64,000 bases of DNA from Leucoraja ocellata (taxonomy: Eukaryota). Made by a program: the position numbers and the translations under genes. The stretch is taken from positions 124,001 through 188,000 of the forward strand of contig JAWMAR010000367.1 of the NCBI GenBank assembly GCA_036785375.1, written 5' to 3'. This document shows, piece by piece, positions 1 through 12,400 of the stretch; position 1 is the first letter of the stretch; the number at the start of each line of letters is the position of its first letter. The notes beneath the pieces are model-generated. The model made no database searches and was not told the origin of the DNA. It saw only the letters and a list, made by a program, of their open reading frames with translations.

Positions 1-590
1 CCTGATGGTTTTTACCACCGTTACATCCTCAATACATTTATTGATGTATGTGATGACGGATTCTGTATATTCTTGGAGGTTGATGCCACTGTCATCTGTT
101 GCTGCCTCTCTGAAAATGGCCCACTGTGTGGTTTCAAAACAGTCCTGTAGTGCTGCCGTAGCTCCCTGTGGCCATGTTCTGACTTCTTTGACCGTTGGCC
201 TGTCCTGTTTCACCCTGGGTCTGTATGCAGGTGTGAGCATGACCGCTAAGTGGTCAGAGTTGCCGATATGGGGGAGGGGGGCTGCTTTATATGCATCTTT
301 AATGTTGGTGTACACCAGATCTAGTTTGTTCTTCCCCCTGGTTGCAATGTTCACGTGCTGGTAGAATTTAGGCAGAACAGATTTAAGACTTGCCTGGTTG
401 AAATCCCCAGCTGCCATGAAGAAAGCATCTGGATGTTCCCTCTGCTGCTCACTGATGTTGTTGTAGAGCACTGTCATAGCATCCTTCACGTCCGCGCTCG
501 GTGGTACATAGACAGTGGTTATGAAGACAGCTGTTAGTTCCCTGGGTAAGTAGAAGGGTCGGCATATCACAGTCATTAGCTCCACGTGGG
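1..590 (-). mobile_element. Rex1/Babar-type LINE fragment, apurinic endonuclease region
   Basis: Minus-strand translation reads VYIPP-like...AGDFNQASL...[20 protein letters not shown]...[11 protein letters not shown], i.e. APE motifs GDFN and SDH; truncated by the window edge and by a CR1-type 3' tail at ~615. Confidence 0.75.
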
Positions 591-1269
591 GTGAGCAGTA
601 AGTGGAAATCACCACAGGGTACTGATTGGGGATGATCAGCCATGATCACATTGTATGGCGGTGCTGGCTCGAAGGGCCGAATGGCCTCCTCCTGCACTAT
701 TGTCAGACCTCAGCCATCTCCACAGCTTCTGTCCTTCTCCCTTGACTCTGACACTGTTGAGGTGTACCTTGGATTAAGATTGCCTGCTATTGTTCGAGTT
801 TCTCCGAATTCCTATTTTTATGCCATCAATCAATAGACACGGTGAATACAATGAGTGGTGATTAACTCATGCACGGACTTGGTGGTTCCATTACATAGAA
901 GTGTAGAATATTGGGTGTAAACCCATTTTAAGGCTATGACTTAATTCACTTCAGGTCCCAACCTGTGTGGTGATTCGGGTGAATCTGTGAAATGGGAGGG
1001 TGAGGATGTGCTTTTGGGGAAGGGAGGGGTGGGACGGTTGATCTAAAGTTCTCAATGTGGAAAACAAGACAAACTGTGGCCGGGAATTCCACAAACCCAC
1101 AACTCTCTGGGTGAAAAAGTTTTTTTCTCACCTCAGTCTTAAATGGCCTCCCCTTTATTCTAAGACTGTGTGGCCCCTGGTTCTGGACTCGCCCAACATT
1201 GGGAACATTTTTCCTGCATCTAGCTTGTCCAGTCCTTTTACGATTTTATATGTTTCTTTAAGATTCCCT

Positions 1270-1835
1270 TTTTGTTACGGAGACAAAATGTTTAAGAAAG
1301 AACTGCTGATGCTGGAAAAATTGTAGGTGGACAAAAATGCTGGAGAAACTCAGTGGGTGAGGCAGCATCTATGGAGCGAGGGAAATATGCAACGTTTCGG
1401 GTCGAGACCCTTCTTCAGACTGATGTGAGGTGGGTGGGGGGGGGGGATGGGAAGAAGAAAGGAAGAGGCAGAGACAGTAGGCAGTGGGAGAGCTGGGAAG
1501 GGGAGGAAAAACCAGGGACTACCTGAAATTGGAGAAGTCAATGTTCATACCGCTGGGGTGTAAACTACCCAAGCGAAATATGAGCTGCTGCTCCTCCAAT
1601 TTAAGGCGATCCTCACTCCGGCCATGGAGGAGGCCCAGGACAGAAAGGTCGGATTGGGAATGGGAGGGGGTGTTGAAGTGCTGAGCCACTGGGAGATCAG
1701 GTTGGTTATTGTGGACTGAGCGGAGGTGTTGGGCGAAGCGATCGCCAAGCCTGCGCTTGGTCTCACCGATGTAGAGCAGCTGACACTTGGAGCAGCGGAT
1801 GGATGAGGTTGGAGGAGGTGCAGGTGAACCTCTGC
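1270..1835 (-). mobile_element. Penelope-like element 3' fragment (GIY-YIG endonuclease end plus pLTR)
   Basis: ORF 1519..1932(-) IRCSKCQLLYIGETKRRLGDRFAQHLRSV...EQQLIFRLGSLHPSGMN; adjacent repeat carries a CTGAAGA...GAAAC hammerhead motif at ~1391-1420. Confidence 0.85.
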
Positions 1836-2249
1836 CGGGCCATGTGGCCTGAACTACCCCCCAAATATAAAGGCTTTGCATTGTCTCCTCTGGTTCAGAA
1901 ACTTTTATTATGAATAAAATTAACATACACAATTTTCATCATGCAATAAATATATCACAGCAAAAATATCAGCATCAATAAATACATCTCAAATCATCCA
2001 TTTGTGAAACAGTGAGGTAAATAAAATTTTAAATACAATATTTTAAACTTAACATCTTAAACATAGAACATAGAAAATTGAACAGTACAATGCAGGAATG
2101 GGCTCTTCGGACCACAATGGCTGTGCTGAGCTAACCCAGCTGTGTATACATGATCCACCTCCATATCCCTCATTTCCCTGCATATCCATATATATGTACA
2201 TCAAACACCACTATTATATCTGGCCCCACCTGCACCCTTAGCACCCAAA

Positions 2250-2672
2250 CACCTCCGCTCAGTCCGCAATAACCAACCTGATCTCCCTGTGGCTCAGCAC
2301 TTCAACTCCCCCTCCCATTCCCAATCCGACCTTTCTGTCCTGGGCCTCCTCCATGGCCAGAGTGAGTCCCACCGCAAATTGGAGGAGCAGCACCTCATAT
2401 TCCGCTTGGACAGTTTACACCCCAGCGGTATGAACATTGACTTCTCCAATTTCCGGTAGCCCTTGCTGTTCCTTTCTTCCCCTCCCCCACCACCCTGCAT
2501 CAATCTGAAGCAAGGATCATATAGGATTCCGTTATGGGATCTTTGGTCTGAAGAAGGGTTTCGGCCTGAAACGTTGCCTATTTCCTTCGCTGAATAGATG
2601 CTGCCTCACCCGTAGAGTTTCTCCAGCATTTTTGTGTACCTTCGATTTTCCAGCATCTGCAGTTCCTTCTTG
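2250..2672 (+). mobile_element. Penelope-like 3' fragment with pLTR
   Basis: Same GIY-YIG C-terminal sequence (VAQHFNSPSH...EEQHLIFRL) and hammerhead-type motif at ~2548-2576. Confidence 0.8.
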
Positions 2673-3137
2673 AACCCCTTAGCACCATGTTCCAGGTACC
2701 TACTGCCTTCTGTAAAAACATTGCCCTGCAAAATTGCCTTTATGCTTTGCCCCTCTGACCTTAAAGCTCCAAGCAAAACACTATTGTACTCTGTCGGTGG
2801 TAATTACAGCGAACTTTGCTCTGGTTGAACAGCAGAGGTGCCATTTTAATCTGATTCTGCCTGCAGGGGATCCAAGTCTGATTTTCCTTTCTGCATGAGT
2901 CAGGGGCGTAAGTGAAATCTGACCCGCCTTTCTTTCCGAGCTAGTCGAATGCTTTCACTGAAAATTCCCGCGGCCTGTGTTAATCCTTCTTGAACATTTA
3001 ATACTAAACCTGCCTGATCTCCAGCCTGTGGAAGGGTTCTGAAATGTCCCACTTGCGCGACTTTTTCGGCGACTGCCGGCACCCGTCATAGGTCGCCGAA
3101 AAATGTCACCATGTTGAAAATTCAGCAGCGACCAGAA

Positions 3138-3510
3138 AGACATAGAAAACATAGAAAATAGGTGCAGGAGGAGGCCATTCGGCCCTTCGAGCCAGCACCG
3201 CCATTCATTGTGATCATGACTGATCGTCCCCAATCAATAACCCGTGCCTGCCTTCTCCCCATATCCCTTGACTCCACTAGCCCCTAGAGCTCTATCTAAC
3301 TCTCTCTTCAATCCATCCAGTGATTTGGCCTCCACTGCCCTCTGTGGCAGGGAATTCCACAAATTCACAATTCTCTGGGTGAAAACGTTTTTTCTCACCT
3401 CAGTCTTAAATTACCTCCCCTTTATTCTAAGACTGTGTGGCCCCTGGTTCTGGGCTCGCCCAACATTGGGAACATTCTTCCTGCATCTAGCTTGTCCAGT
3501 CCTTTTAAAA
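3138..3510 (-). mobile_element. CR1-like LINE (HER1-type) 3' fragment; representative of dozens of copies in the window
   Basis: RT C-terminal motif MFPMLGES.TRGH.L...FFTQRVVNLWNSLP and 3' tail GGCCGAATGGCCTCCTCCTGCACCTATTTTCTATGTTTCTATG. Confidence 0.85.
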
Positions 3511-3907
3511 TTTCTCACAGAGAAAACACTTCATAGTCCTGGCTACACATGAAAATAACTAAAATAAAATAAATAAAAACTAAACTCAAACGCAATTGCA
3601 AACGTACTAATAGCCTTAACGTCAACTTAAATGTGAGCAGTCGCAAACAAATATATAATTAATTATTAGGTGAATAGACCATAATAGTACATGCCAACGT
3701 ACCCAGTGCAACCTTATACAAAGGACATAGTAACTGAGTGATGAGCATTGGATTAGAGATGCCATCTCAATGGTTTCCTGGAGATGTCTTTGAGTTTAAT
3801 GCTCTCCTTTGCGAGCCGCAGTCTTCAGACATCACAGGGGCTGGGTTGAAGGAGGTCATCGTCCCAGCTGGTACTAGTTAGAACGCCAACACAAGCACCT
3901 CCAGCGC

Positions 3908-4157
3908 TCACCAGTAGGAGGCAACGTTGATCAGAATCTTCAGGGCCATGGAGAAGCAGGGGACCTGCCCGACAGTGTAGGCCAGCGATCTGGTGGGGGC
4001 CTTCAGGGCGAAGAGGTAAGCCACTGTGTGGACCACCCTGGCCAGGAAGAAGATGCGGAAGTGGATCCTGGCTATGGAAGGGCTGGGGTCCAGAAGGCAG
4101 TAGACAACGCCCAGGAATAGGAACGGGAAGATGCACTCCATGTCGTTGCGATGAGCT
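3908..4157 (-). CDS. PTGES: Prostaglandin E synthase (mPGES-1, MAPEG family) exon 3
   Basis: Acceptor ttgctgcag|A; reads (R)AHRNDMECIFPFLFLG...ARVVHTVAYL..KAPTRSLAY...VASYW*; equivalents of human R70/H72/R73/N74/E77/R110/H113/Y117/R126/S127/Y130 are present. Confidence 0.96.
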
Positions 4158-5113
4158 CTGCAGCAAATGGAAAAGAGAGAGTTTTCAAGAGAGAGTTAGA
4201 TATAGCTCTTTGGGCTAATGGAATCAAGAGATATGGGGAGAATGCAGGAACGGGGTACTGATTTTGGATTTTGGATTCAAGAGAGTTTATTGTCTTGAGC
4301 CCTGATAGGACAATGAAATTCTTGCTTTGCTTCAGCACACAGAACATAGTAGGCATTTACTACAAAACAGATCAGTGTGTCCATATACCACTATATAAAT
4401 ATATGCACACATGAATAAATGAACTAATAAAGTGGAAATCACAGATAGTGGGTTATTAATGTTCTGAGTTTGTCCGAGCCAAGTTTAATGGCTGCGGGGA
4501 TGTAGCTATTCCTGAACCTGGACGTTGCAGTCTTCAGGCTCCTGTACCTTCTACCTGAAGGTAGTGGAGAGATGAGTGTGTGGCCAGGATGGTGTGGGTC
4601 CTTGATGATACTGCCAGCTGTTTTGAGGCAGCGACTGCAATTGATGATCGGCCATGATCATATTGAATGGCAGTGCTGGTTGGAAGGGCCGAATGGTCTC
4701 TCCTGACCCTATTTTTCTATGTTTCTAAAAGGGACGGGTTAGTCGATGGTGTAGGGAGGAACTGCAGATGCTGGTTTAAACAGAAGATAGACACATTAAG
4801 CTGCAGTAACTCAGCGGGCCAGGCAGCATTTATGGAGAGAAGGAATAGGTGACGTTCTGGGTCAGGTCTGAAGAAGGGTCTCGACCCAAAGCATCACCGA
4901 TTCCTTCTCACCAGAGATGCTGTCTGACCCGCAGAGTTACTCCTGCTTTTTGTGCCTGTCTTCAGGGTTAGTCGATGAGTCACTCAGAGGTGGGAGCCAG
5001 CGATGGTGGGTGCAAGGCCAGTATGAGAGTGAACTTAATGAGAGTGAAGTGGATCAGAGGCCACTCGTAAAACCAAGAGCGCTGACTGGACTTTGGAATG
5101 ACACCAAAACATA

Positions 5114-5520
5114 GTGACCACTGCCCAGTCCATCATTGGCTCTGACCTCCCTTCCATTGAGGGGATCTATCGCAGTCGCTGCCTCAAAAAGGCTGGCAGT
5201 ACCATTAAGGACCCACACCATCCTGGCCACACACTCATCTCCCCGCTGCCTTCAGGTAGAAGGTACAGGAGCCTGAAGACTGCAACGACCAGGCTCAGGA
5301 ATAGCTACTTCCCCACAGCCATCAGGCTATTAAACTCAACATACAAAACTCTGAACTATAACAACCTATTGCACTTTATCTGTTTATTAATGTGTGTGTG
5401 TATATATATTCTATGGTATATAGACACACTGAACTGTTCTGTATTTATGCCTACAATATCCTGTTGTGCTGAAGCAAAGCAAGAATTTCATCGTCCTATC
5501 TGGGACACATGACAATAAAA
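5114..5520 (+). mobile_element. Rex1/Babar-type LINE 3' end
   Basis: IKDPHHPGH...LPSGRRYRSL...RLRNSYFPTAIRLLN followed by 3' UTR; similar copies at ~4270-4640(-), 11195-11600(+), 30740-31140(+), 44440-45035(-). Confidence 0.75.
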
Positions 5521-5875
5521 TCAATTCAATTCAATTCAACTTTAATCTCATCGCACAAATAGAAACATAGAAACATAGAAATTAGGTGCAGGAATAGGCC
5601 ATTCGGCCCTTTGAGCCTGCACCGCCATTTCAATATGATCATGGCTGATCATCCAACTCAGTATCCCGTACCTGCCTTCTCTCCATACCCCATGATCCCC
5701 TTAGCCACTAAGATCCCCTTAGCCACAAATACAAGTATCAGTACAAGGAAATGCAGTTTTGCGTCAGTCCGTAGTAGTTGTACATAAAGAAATTTAAAAA
5801 AAAATAGAAAGAGAGAAGATACAGAATAATCAAAAAAATACAGAATAATTAAACAATGGGGACCGGAGAAATCTA

Positions 5876-6935
5876 TCAGTGGGACTCCGAGTTCAGCAAT
5901 GTGATTGTATTGTTGTAGAAGCTGTTCCTCATCCTACTAGTACGTGACCTGAGGCTCCTGTACCGCCTCCCTGATGGGAGGAGGGCAAACAGTTCATGGT
6001 TGGGGTGGGAGGGGTCTTTAATGATCTTCCCGGCCCGTCTCAGACACCGTTTTCGGTGGAGGGCATCCATGGCAGGGAGCGGGGCACCGATGATGTACTG
6101 CGCGGTTTTCACCACCCGTTGTAGTGCCTTCCTGTCCACTATGGTGCAACTGCTGTACCATACCGTAAAGCAGGTGGTCAGGATGCTGTCGATGGTACAG
6201 CGGTAAAAGGAGGCAGGCTTTGAGGTGAGCCAAGATCAGCCTCTCAAAGCACTTTGCAATGACAGGGGTGAGTGCCACTGGGCGGAAATCGTTGTGACTC
6301 CCTGTAGCTGACTGTTTGGGCATTGGCACGATGGTTGATGTCTTGAGGCAAGTGGGGACAACACCCTGGGCCAGTGACAGATTGAAAATGTCGGCGAGGA
6401 CTGGGGATAGTTGTCCAGCACATGCCCTGAGCACACGCCCGGGGATGCCATTGGGGCCGGCAGCTTTGCGGTCATTCACCTTGCTCAGTGCATCTTGTAC
6501 AGTAGAGGTGGAGAGACTGAGGGGTTGTTCATTCGGGGGTGGAGCAACTTTGATGGCTGGAGTTTTGTTGTCCCGGTCAAAGCGAGCATAGAAATGGTTT
6601 AGCTCGTCAGGCAGGGAGGCGTTGTCTGGGGGAGGGGGGTTAACTTTCTGGTTATCGGCAATGGATTTGATTCCTTGCCACATGCGCCTGGGGTCAGAGT
6701 TGTTATGGAAATGCTCCTCAATCCGCCGTTTGTGATTGAGTTTAGCATTCCTAATTCCCATTTTCAGATTGGCCCTGGATGAGCTGTATCCCTCAGCGTT
6801 ACCAGATCTGAAAGCGGCATCGCGAGCCTTCAGTAAGAGTCTGACCTCCCTGCTCATCCATGGCTTCTGGTTAGGGAAGGTCTTTATCTCTTTGTGGGTA
6901 GTGACATTATCGGTACAGAATTTTATATAGTCCAG
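5876..6935 (-). mobile_element. Rex1/Babar-type LINE ORF fragment with internal deletion
   Basis: FPNQKPWM...KAAGPNGIPGRVLRACA.QL...NDFRPVALTPVIAKCFERL joined at ~6206 directly to the C-terminal LPSGRRYRS part, so the RT core is deleted. Confidence 0.8.
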
Positions 6936-7090
6936 AACTCTTGACTTGACTTGACTCTGTCCCGCTGAGATACTCCAGCTTTTTGTGTCTATCTTCAGAT
7001 AACCTGGTTTGCCATGATCACAGTGAATGGCGGTGCTAGCTCGAAGGGGCCGAATGGTCGACTCCTGCACCTGTTGTCTATCATTCTCAC

Positions 7091-7173
7091 CTTCGGCAAC
7101 GCTCCACGGTTGGGTCGGTCCGGTAGAACTTCAGGCCTCCGTGTCTCTGGGAATCCTCGGGATTAGCGAAAGC
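7091..7173 (-). CDS. PTGES: PTGES exon 2 (83 bp)
   Basis: cccgcag|GCT...CGAAG|gtgaga; AFANPEDSQRHGGLKFYRTDPTVERCR(R) including the catalytic Asp49 equivalent; phase 0 in and phase 2 out match exons 1 and 3. Confidence 0.96.
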
Positions 7174-7439
7174 CTGCGGGCAAAAGTGGAGGGGCAACTC
7201 AGTCAGACAGGAGCCAGCGTTATTAGCCCAGGACCTTTCCCAAATCACCTCCCCTCTCCCCCGCCCATCCCTGAAGGATTCTTCAGTTGGACCAGCGAGG
7301 ATATGTCTCACCAAACACTGAACGACATTCAGGTCGGGTCCTTCTCAAAGCCTGAAGAAGTGTCCCGACTAATACCGAAGGTAGACACAAAATGCTGGAG
7401 TAACTCAGCGGGTGAGGCAACATCTCTGGAGAGAACGTT

Positions 7440-8200
7440 TTGTCACTTTGCCTCCAACATTTTCACTACCTCCAACGGTATCCCACCACTGGTCACATCT
7501 TCCCTTCTCCACCCATGTCTGCTTTCCGCAGAGACCGCTCCCTCCGCAACTCCCTGGTCAACTCGCCCCTTCCCACCCAAACCACCCCCTCCCCAGGTAC
7601 TTTCCCTTGCAACCGCAGGAGATACAACACCTGTCCCATTACCTCCCCCCCCCGCGACTCCATCCACGGACCCAATCAGTCTTTCCAGGTGAGGCAGAGG
7701 TTCACCTGCACCTCCTCCAACCTCATCAACTGTATCCGCTGTTCCAGCTGTCAATTTCTCCACGTCGGCGAGACCAAGCGCAGGCTCAGCCATCGCTTCG
7801 CCCAACAGCTCCGCTCAGTCCGCCTTAACCTACCTGATCTCCCGGTGGCTCAGCATTTCAACTCCCCCTCCCATTCCCAATCTGACCTTTCTGTCCTGGG
7901 CCTCCTCCATGGTCAGAGTGAGTCCCACCGCAAATTGGAGGAACAGCACCTTATATTTCACTTGGGTAGTTTACACCCCAGTGGTATGAACATTGACTTC
8001 TCCAACTTCTGATAGCCCCTGCTTTCCCTCTCTCTCCATCCCCTCCACCTTCCCAGTTCTCCCACCGCCTAAATTCTATCCTTGTCCCGCCCCCTCCTCT
8101 GACATCAGTCTGAAGAAGGGTCTCGGCCCGAAACGTCGCCCATTCCTTCTCTCCAGAGATGCTGCCTCACCCATTGAGTTACTCCAACAATTTGTGCCTC
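7440..8200 (+). mobile_element. Penelope-like element fragment (GIY-YIG) plus pLTR in PTGES intron 1
   Basis: ORF 7440..8012 PGTFPCNRRRYNTC...FTCTSSNLINCIRCSSC..LHVGETKR; hammerhead motif 8110-8137. Confidence 0.85.
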
Positions 8201-8830
8201 CCATTCGATTTAATCCATCCCCATTTCTTACCGACTAATGTTTAAGAAGGAACTGCAGATGCTGGAACAATCGAAGGTAGACAAAAATGCTGGAGTAACT
8301 CAGCGGGTGAGGCAGCATTTATGCAGCGAAGGAATGGGTGACGTTTCGGGTCGAGACCCTTCTGTAGACTGATGACTAATAACGTTATGTCCATTCCATC
8401 CACAGGTCCTGCCTGACCCGCTGAGTTACTGCAGCAGTTATTGGTGTTTGGTACAAGATTGCAGCTCTTGCAGTTTTACGTGTCTCAACTGTTGGGTTAA
8501 TTCCTGACACTAAACAATAGGTGCAGGAGGAGGCCATTCGGCCCTTCGAGCCATCACCGCTATTCACTTTGATCATGGCTGATCATCCCCAATCAGTACC
8601 CCGTTCCTGCCTTCTCCCCATATCCGCTATCTTTAAGAGCCCTATCTAGCTCTCTCTTGAAAGTACCCAGAAAACCGGCCTCCACTGAGGCAGAGAATTC
8701 CACAGACAAAGGGCGTCGCTGACTAAACCACCCTTCCCTATAATCCCCCTGCTATAATCCCCACGAGAGATTAGATCCCATCAACAATAACACGTCTGAG
8801 GCGCTCGTCAGTAATGCCAAGGATTATTAC

Positions 8831-8947
8831 CTTCTTGCGAAGCCTAACTTGGCCAGTCAGGATCGCGACAGCGAACATCTTAACCAGTAAGAGCGCCGAG
8901 TAGAAAACGTACGAGCAAAAAGCGTCGTTCTGGAAGTTCAGGGTCAT
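8831..8947 (-). CDS. PTGES: PTGES exon 1 (117 bp coding)
   Basis: ATG at 8947; MTLNFQNDAFCSYVFYSALLLVKMFAVAILTGQVRLRKK|gtaata; spliced CDS is 450 bp = 149 aa plus stop. Confidence 0.95.
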
Positions 8948-8994
8948 CTTTGCTGCAAGGAGCTGCTCTGTCTCAGCGTCCGTCTCATTCCCCG

Positions 8995-9030
8995 TTTATA
9001 ACTGTGGAGAGAAGGCGGGGAGTCGGGCTG
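8995..9030 (-). promoter_or_regulatory. Putative PTGES core promoter (TATAAA plus GC-rich box)
   Basis: TATAAA on the minus strand at 8995-9000, 48 bp upstream of the ATG; GGCGGG at ~9014-9019. Confidence 0.5.
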
Positions 9031-9729
9031 GAGTGACGAAAGTCACTTTTCCTTCCACCTGCCACAACTTGTGCAAGAGGGATGTTGCGAAAAACAAAAG
9101 TCGTCGAGGTTCCCCCGAGGCAAGACAACATTCATCAGAGAGGAAGGAATGCATCAGACAGCTGGTTCCACTGAAATGTGCTGTTACAACAGCTGAAACC
9201 ATTTCCTTTTTAAAATTACTACGTTGGACAGAGGATAGACTGTGGATGTGGGGAGAATATTTCCACTAGTGGGAGAGTCTCGGACCAGAAGCCGCAGCCT
9301 CATAATAAAACCCGAAGTGGCAATCAGGTTAATCCCTGCTCTTTCCCCACTATCCTGTAAAAAAAAAAATCCCCATCGGATATAGAGTTAGAGAGTCATA
9401 CAGCTATAACCAAGCTCATCGGCCCAACCTGCCCACACCGACCAACATGTCCCACCTACACTGGTCCCACCTGCCTGTGTATGGCCCATATTCCTCTGAT
9501 CCTACCCTATCCACGTAGCTGTCTAAATGGTCATCAAATGTTGCGGTTCTACCAGCTTCAACTGCCTCCTCGGGCTGCATGTTCCATACACCCACCACCC
9601 TTTGTGTAAAAATATTACCCCTCAGGTTCCTAGTAAATCTTTCCCCCCTCACCTTAAACCTATGTCCTCTGGTTCTTGATTCCCCTGCTCTGGGCAAGAG
9701 ATTCCGCACATGGTCCCGATCTATTCCTC

Positions 9730-10497
9730 ATACCAATAACTAACTGACCAACTAACCTATTAACCAACCAACCAACCAACCAACCAACTAACTAACTAAC
9801 TAACTAGCTGACCGGATGATCGACTGACCGACTAACTAACCAACTATCCAACTAACCAAATAACCAATTAAATATCCAACTAACTAATTAACTAACCAAT
9901 CAACGAACAAATTACTAACTGACTCAACTAACANNNNNNNNNNNNNNNNNNNNNNNNNNNNNNNNNNNNNNNNNNNNNNNNNNNNNNNNNNNNNNNNNNN
10001 NNNNNNNNNNNNNNNNNNNNNNNNNNNNNNNNNNNNNNNNNNNNNNNNNNNNNNNNNNNNNNNNNNNNNNNNNNNNNNNNNNNNNNNNNNNNNNNNNNNN
10101 NNNNNNNNNNNNNNNNNNNNNNNNNNNNNNNNNNNNNNNNNNNNNNNNNNNNNNNNNNNNNNNNNNNNNNNNNNNNNNNNNNNNNNNNNNNNNNNNNNNN
10201 NNNNNNNNNNNNNNNNNNNNNNNNNNNNNNNNNNNNNNNNNNNNNNNNNNNNNNNNNNNNNNNNNNNNNNNNNNNNNNNNNNNNNNNNNNNNNNNNNNNN
10301 NNNNNNNNNNNNNNNNNNNNNNNNNNNNNNNNNNNNNNNNNNNNNNNNNNNNNNNNNNNNNNNNNNNNNNNNNNNNNNNNNNNNNNNNNNNNNNNNNNNN
10401 NNNNNNNNNNNNNNNNNNNNNNNNNNNNNNNNNNNNNNNACTCACCAACTCACTCACTCACTCACTCCCTCTCACTCACTCACCCACTCCCTCCCTC
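9730..10497. repeat. (AACT/AACC)n and (CACT)n tetranucleotide microsatellites flanking an assembly gap
   Basis: Directly visible tandem repeats on either side of the N run 9934-10439. Confidence 0.9.
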
Positions 10498-10812
10498 NNN
10501 NNNNNNNNNNNNNNNNNNNNNNNNNNNNNNNNNNNNNNNNNNNNNNNNNNNNNNNNNNNNNNNNNNNNNNNNNNNNNNNNNNNNNNNNNNNNNNNNNNNN
10601 NNNNNNNNNNNNNNNNNNNNNNNNNNNNNNNNNNNNNNNNNNNNNNNNNNNNNNNNNNNNNNNNNNNNNNNNNNNNNNNNNNNNNNNNNNNNNNNNNNNN
10701 NNNNNNNNNNNNNNNNNNNNNNNNNNNNNNNNNNNNNNNNNNNNNNNNNNNNNNNNNNNNNNNNNNNNNNNNNNNNNNNNNNNNNNNNNNNNNNNNNNNN
10801 NNNNNNNNNNNN

Positions 10813-11075
10813 AGCGGTAGAGTTGCCCCCTTACAGCGGTGATGATCTGGGTTCCATCCTGACTACGGGTGCTGTCTCTGCGGAGTTTGTACGTTCTCCC
10901 CGTGACCTGCGTGGGTTTTCTCCGGTTGCTCTGGTTTCCTCCCACACTCCAAAGACGTACATGTGTGGCTTTGGTATAATTGTAAATTGTCCCTAGTGTG
11001 TGTAAGATAGCGGGGATCGCAGGCCGGCACAGACCCGATGGGCCGAAGGGACTGTTTCCTTGCTGTATCTCTAAA
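10813..11075 (+). mobile_element. tRNA-derived V-SINE (HE1-like)
   Basis: tRNA-like head (agcggtagag...gggttccatcc), V-SINE core GGAGTTTGTACGTTCTCCCCGTGACCTGCGTGGGTTTTCTCCG, CR1-like tail GGGCCGAAGGG; other partial copies at ~46465-46610 and ~55090-55235. Confidence 0.75.
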
Positions 11076-11669
11076 CAAAACAAAAATAAATAATCGCGAA
11101 ATGATATCCTGACTCTTAGAGTTAATGAAGGTGAGTATTCCATGTGCTTCCTTTACCATTCTATGGACTTAGATTATTATTGAAACACGTCTAAACCTGT
11201 ACCTCCCCACCATCGAGGGGATCTATTGCAGTCGCTGCCTCAAAAAAGGCTGCCAGCATCATCAAGGACCCACACTATCCTGGCCACTCACTCATCTCTC
11301 TGCTACCATCAGGTAGAAGGTACAGGAGCCTGAAATCTGCAACATCCAGGTTCAGGAATAGCTACTTCCCCACAGCCATCAGGGTATTAAACACAACTTC
11401 AAACAAACTCTGAACTATAACAGCCTATTGCACTTTATCTGTTTATTGATGTGTGTATATACATATATTCTATGATATATAGACACACTGATCTGTTCTG
11501 TATTTATGCCTACAATATTGTGTTGTGCTGCAGCAAGCAAGAATGTCATTGTCCTATCTGGGACACATGACAATAAACTCTCTTGACTCTTGACTTGACC
11601 TGACAGCAGTGGGATCTCATCCATCTGAAAACCTTGGACGACCTTGGCAATCCCCAGAAGAGACTTGTG

Positions 11670-12400
11670 TTTAGTCAAGTCAAGTCAGTTTTATTTCTAT
11701 AGCACATTTAAAAAGCAACTCTCGTTGGCCAAAGGGCTTTACATTGGTGGAGGTACTAACGTTATACAACATTGGTTCATAGATTAAGTACATACATAAA
11801 TACATACATACAGCCCTCACTCAGAGGACATCAAGAAAGGCTTGAGAGTAAAGATGAGTTTTAAGTCTCGACTTAAAGTCTCGGAGTTGATGGAGGGGGC
11901 AGTTCTGATGGGAAGAGGGGATGCTGTTCCACAGTCTAGGAGCTGCAACCGCAAAGACGCGGTGGACCCTGAGCTTATGCCTAGATGTTCAGTAACCCCA
12001 AGTCGGCCGATTTGAGGGGCCTGGAGGTGGTGTGGTGGGTGAGAAGACTTTTTATGTAGGTGGGGGCAAGCCCATTGAGGGCTTTGTAGACATAAAGATG
12101 GAGCTTGAAATGTATTCGGAACCGCACAGGGAGCCAGTGGAGAGAGGCCAGGATTGGGGTGACCAGTTGCAGGCGGGACAGGGAGGATTGGCTGATGCCA
12201 GTGTAAAGGGAGTTGCAGTAATCTAGGCAGGAGGAGACAAATGTGTGGATGATCTTTTCGAGGTCATCAAACTGGAGGAATTGTTTTATTTTAGCTATCG
12301 TCCGAAGCTGAAAGACGCTAGCTTTTACCACGGCATTGACTTGTTTGTCAACTTTCAATGCTGAGTCAAATATCACGTCTAGAGCATAGGTCCACAAAAT
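11670..12400 (-). mobile_element. L2-clade LINE 3' fragment
   Basis: LDYCNSLYTGISQSSLSRLQLV.TPILASLHWLPVRFRIHFK; related copies at ~15690-16160(+), 18570-19180(+), 24670-24830(+). Confidence 0.8.

Noticed and set aside
2829-2843. CTCF-like motif ACAGCAGAGGTGCCA downstream of PTGES
   Set aside because: Single imperfect match with no supporting evidence from sequence alone
10813-10865. tRNA-like sequence
   Set aside because: Degenerate head of a V-SINE with no complete cloverleaf; no tRNA, rRNA or CRISPR array was found in the window
9924-11143. Long ORFs containing X runs (also 28045-29446, 40437-40868, 43113-43774)
   Set aside because: Artefacts of translating through N gaps and microsatellites
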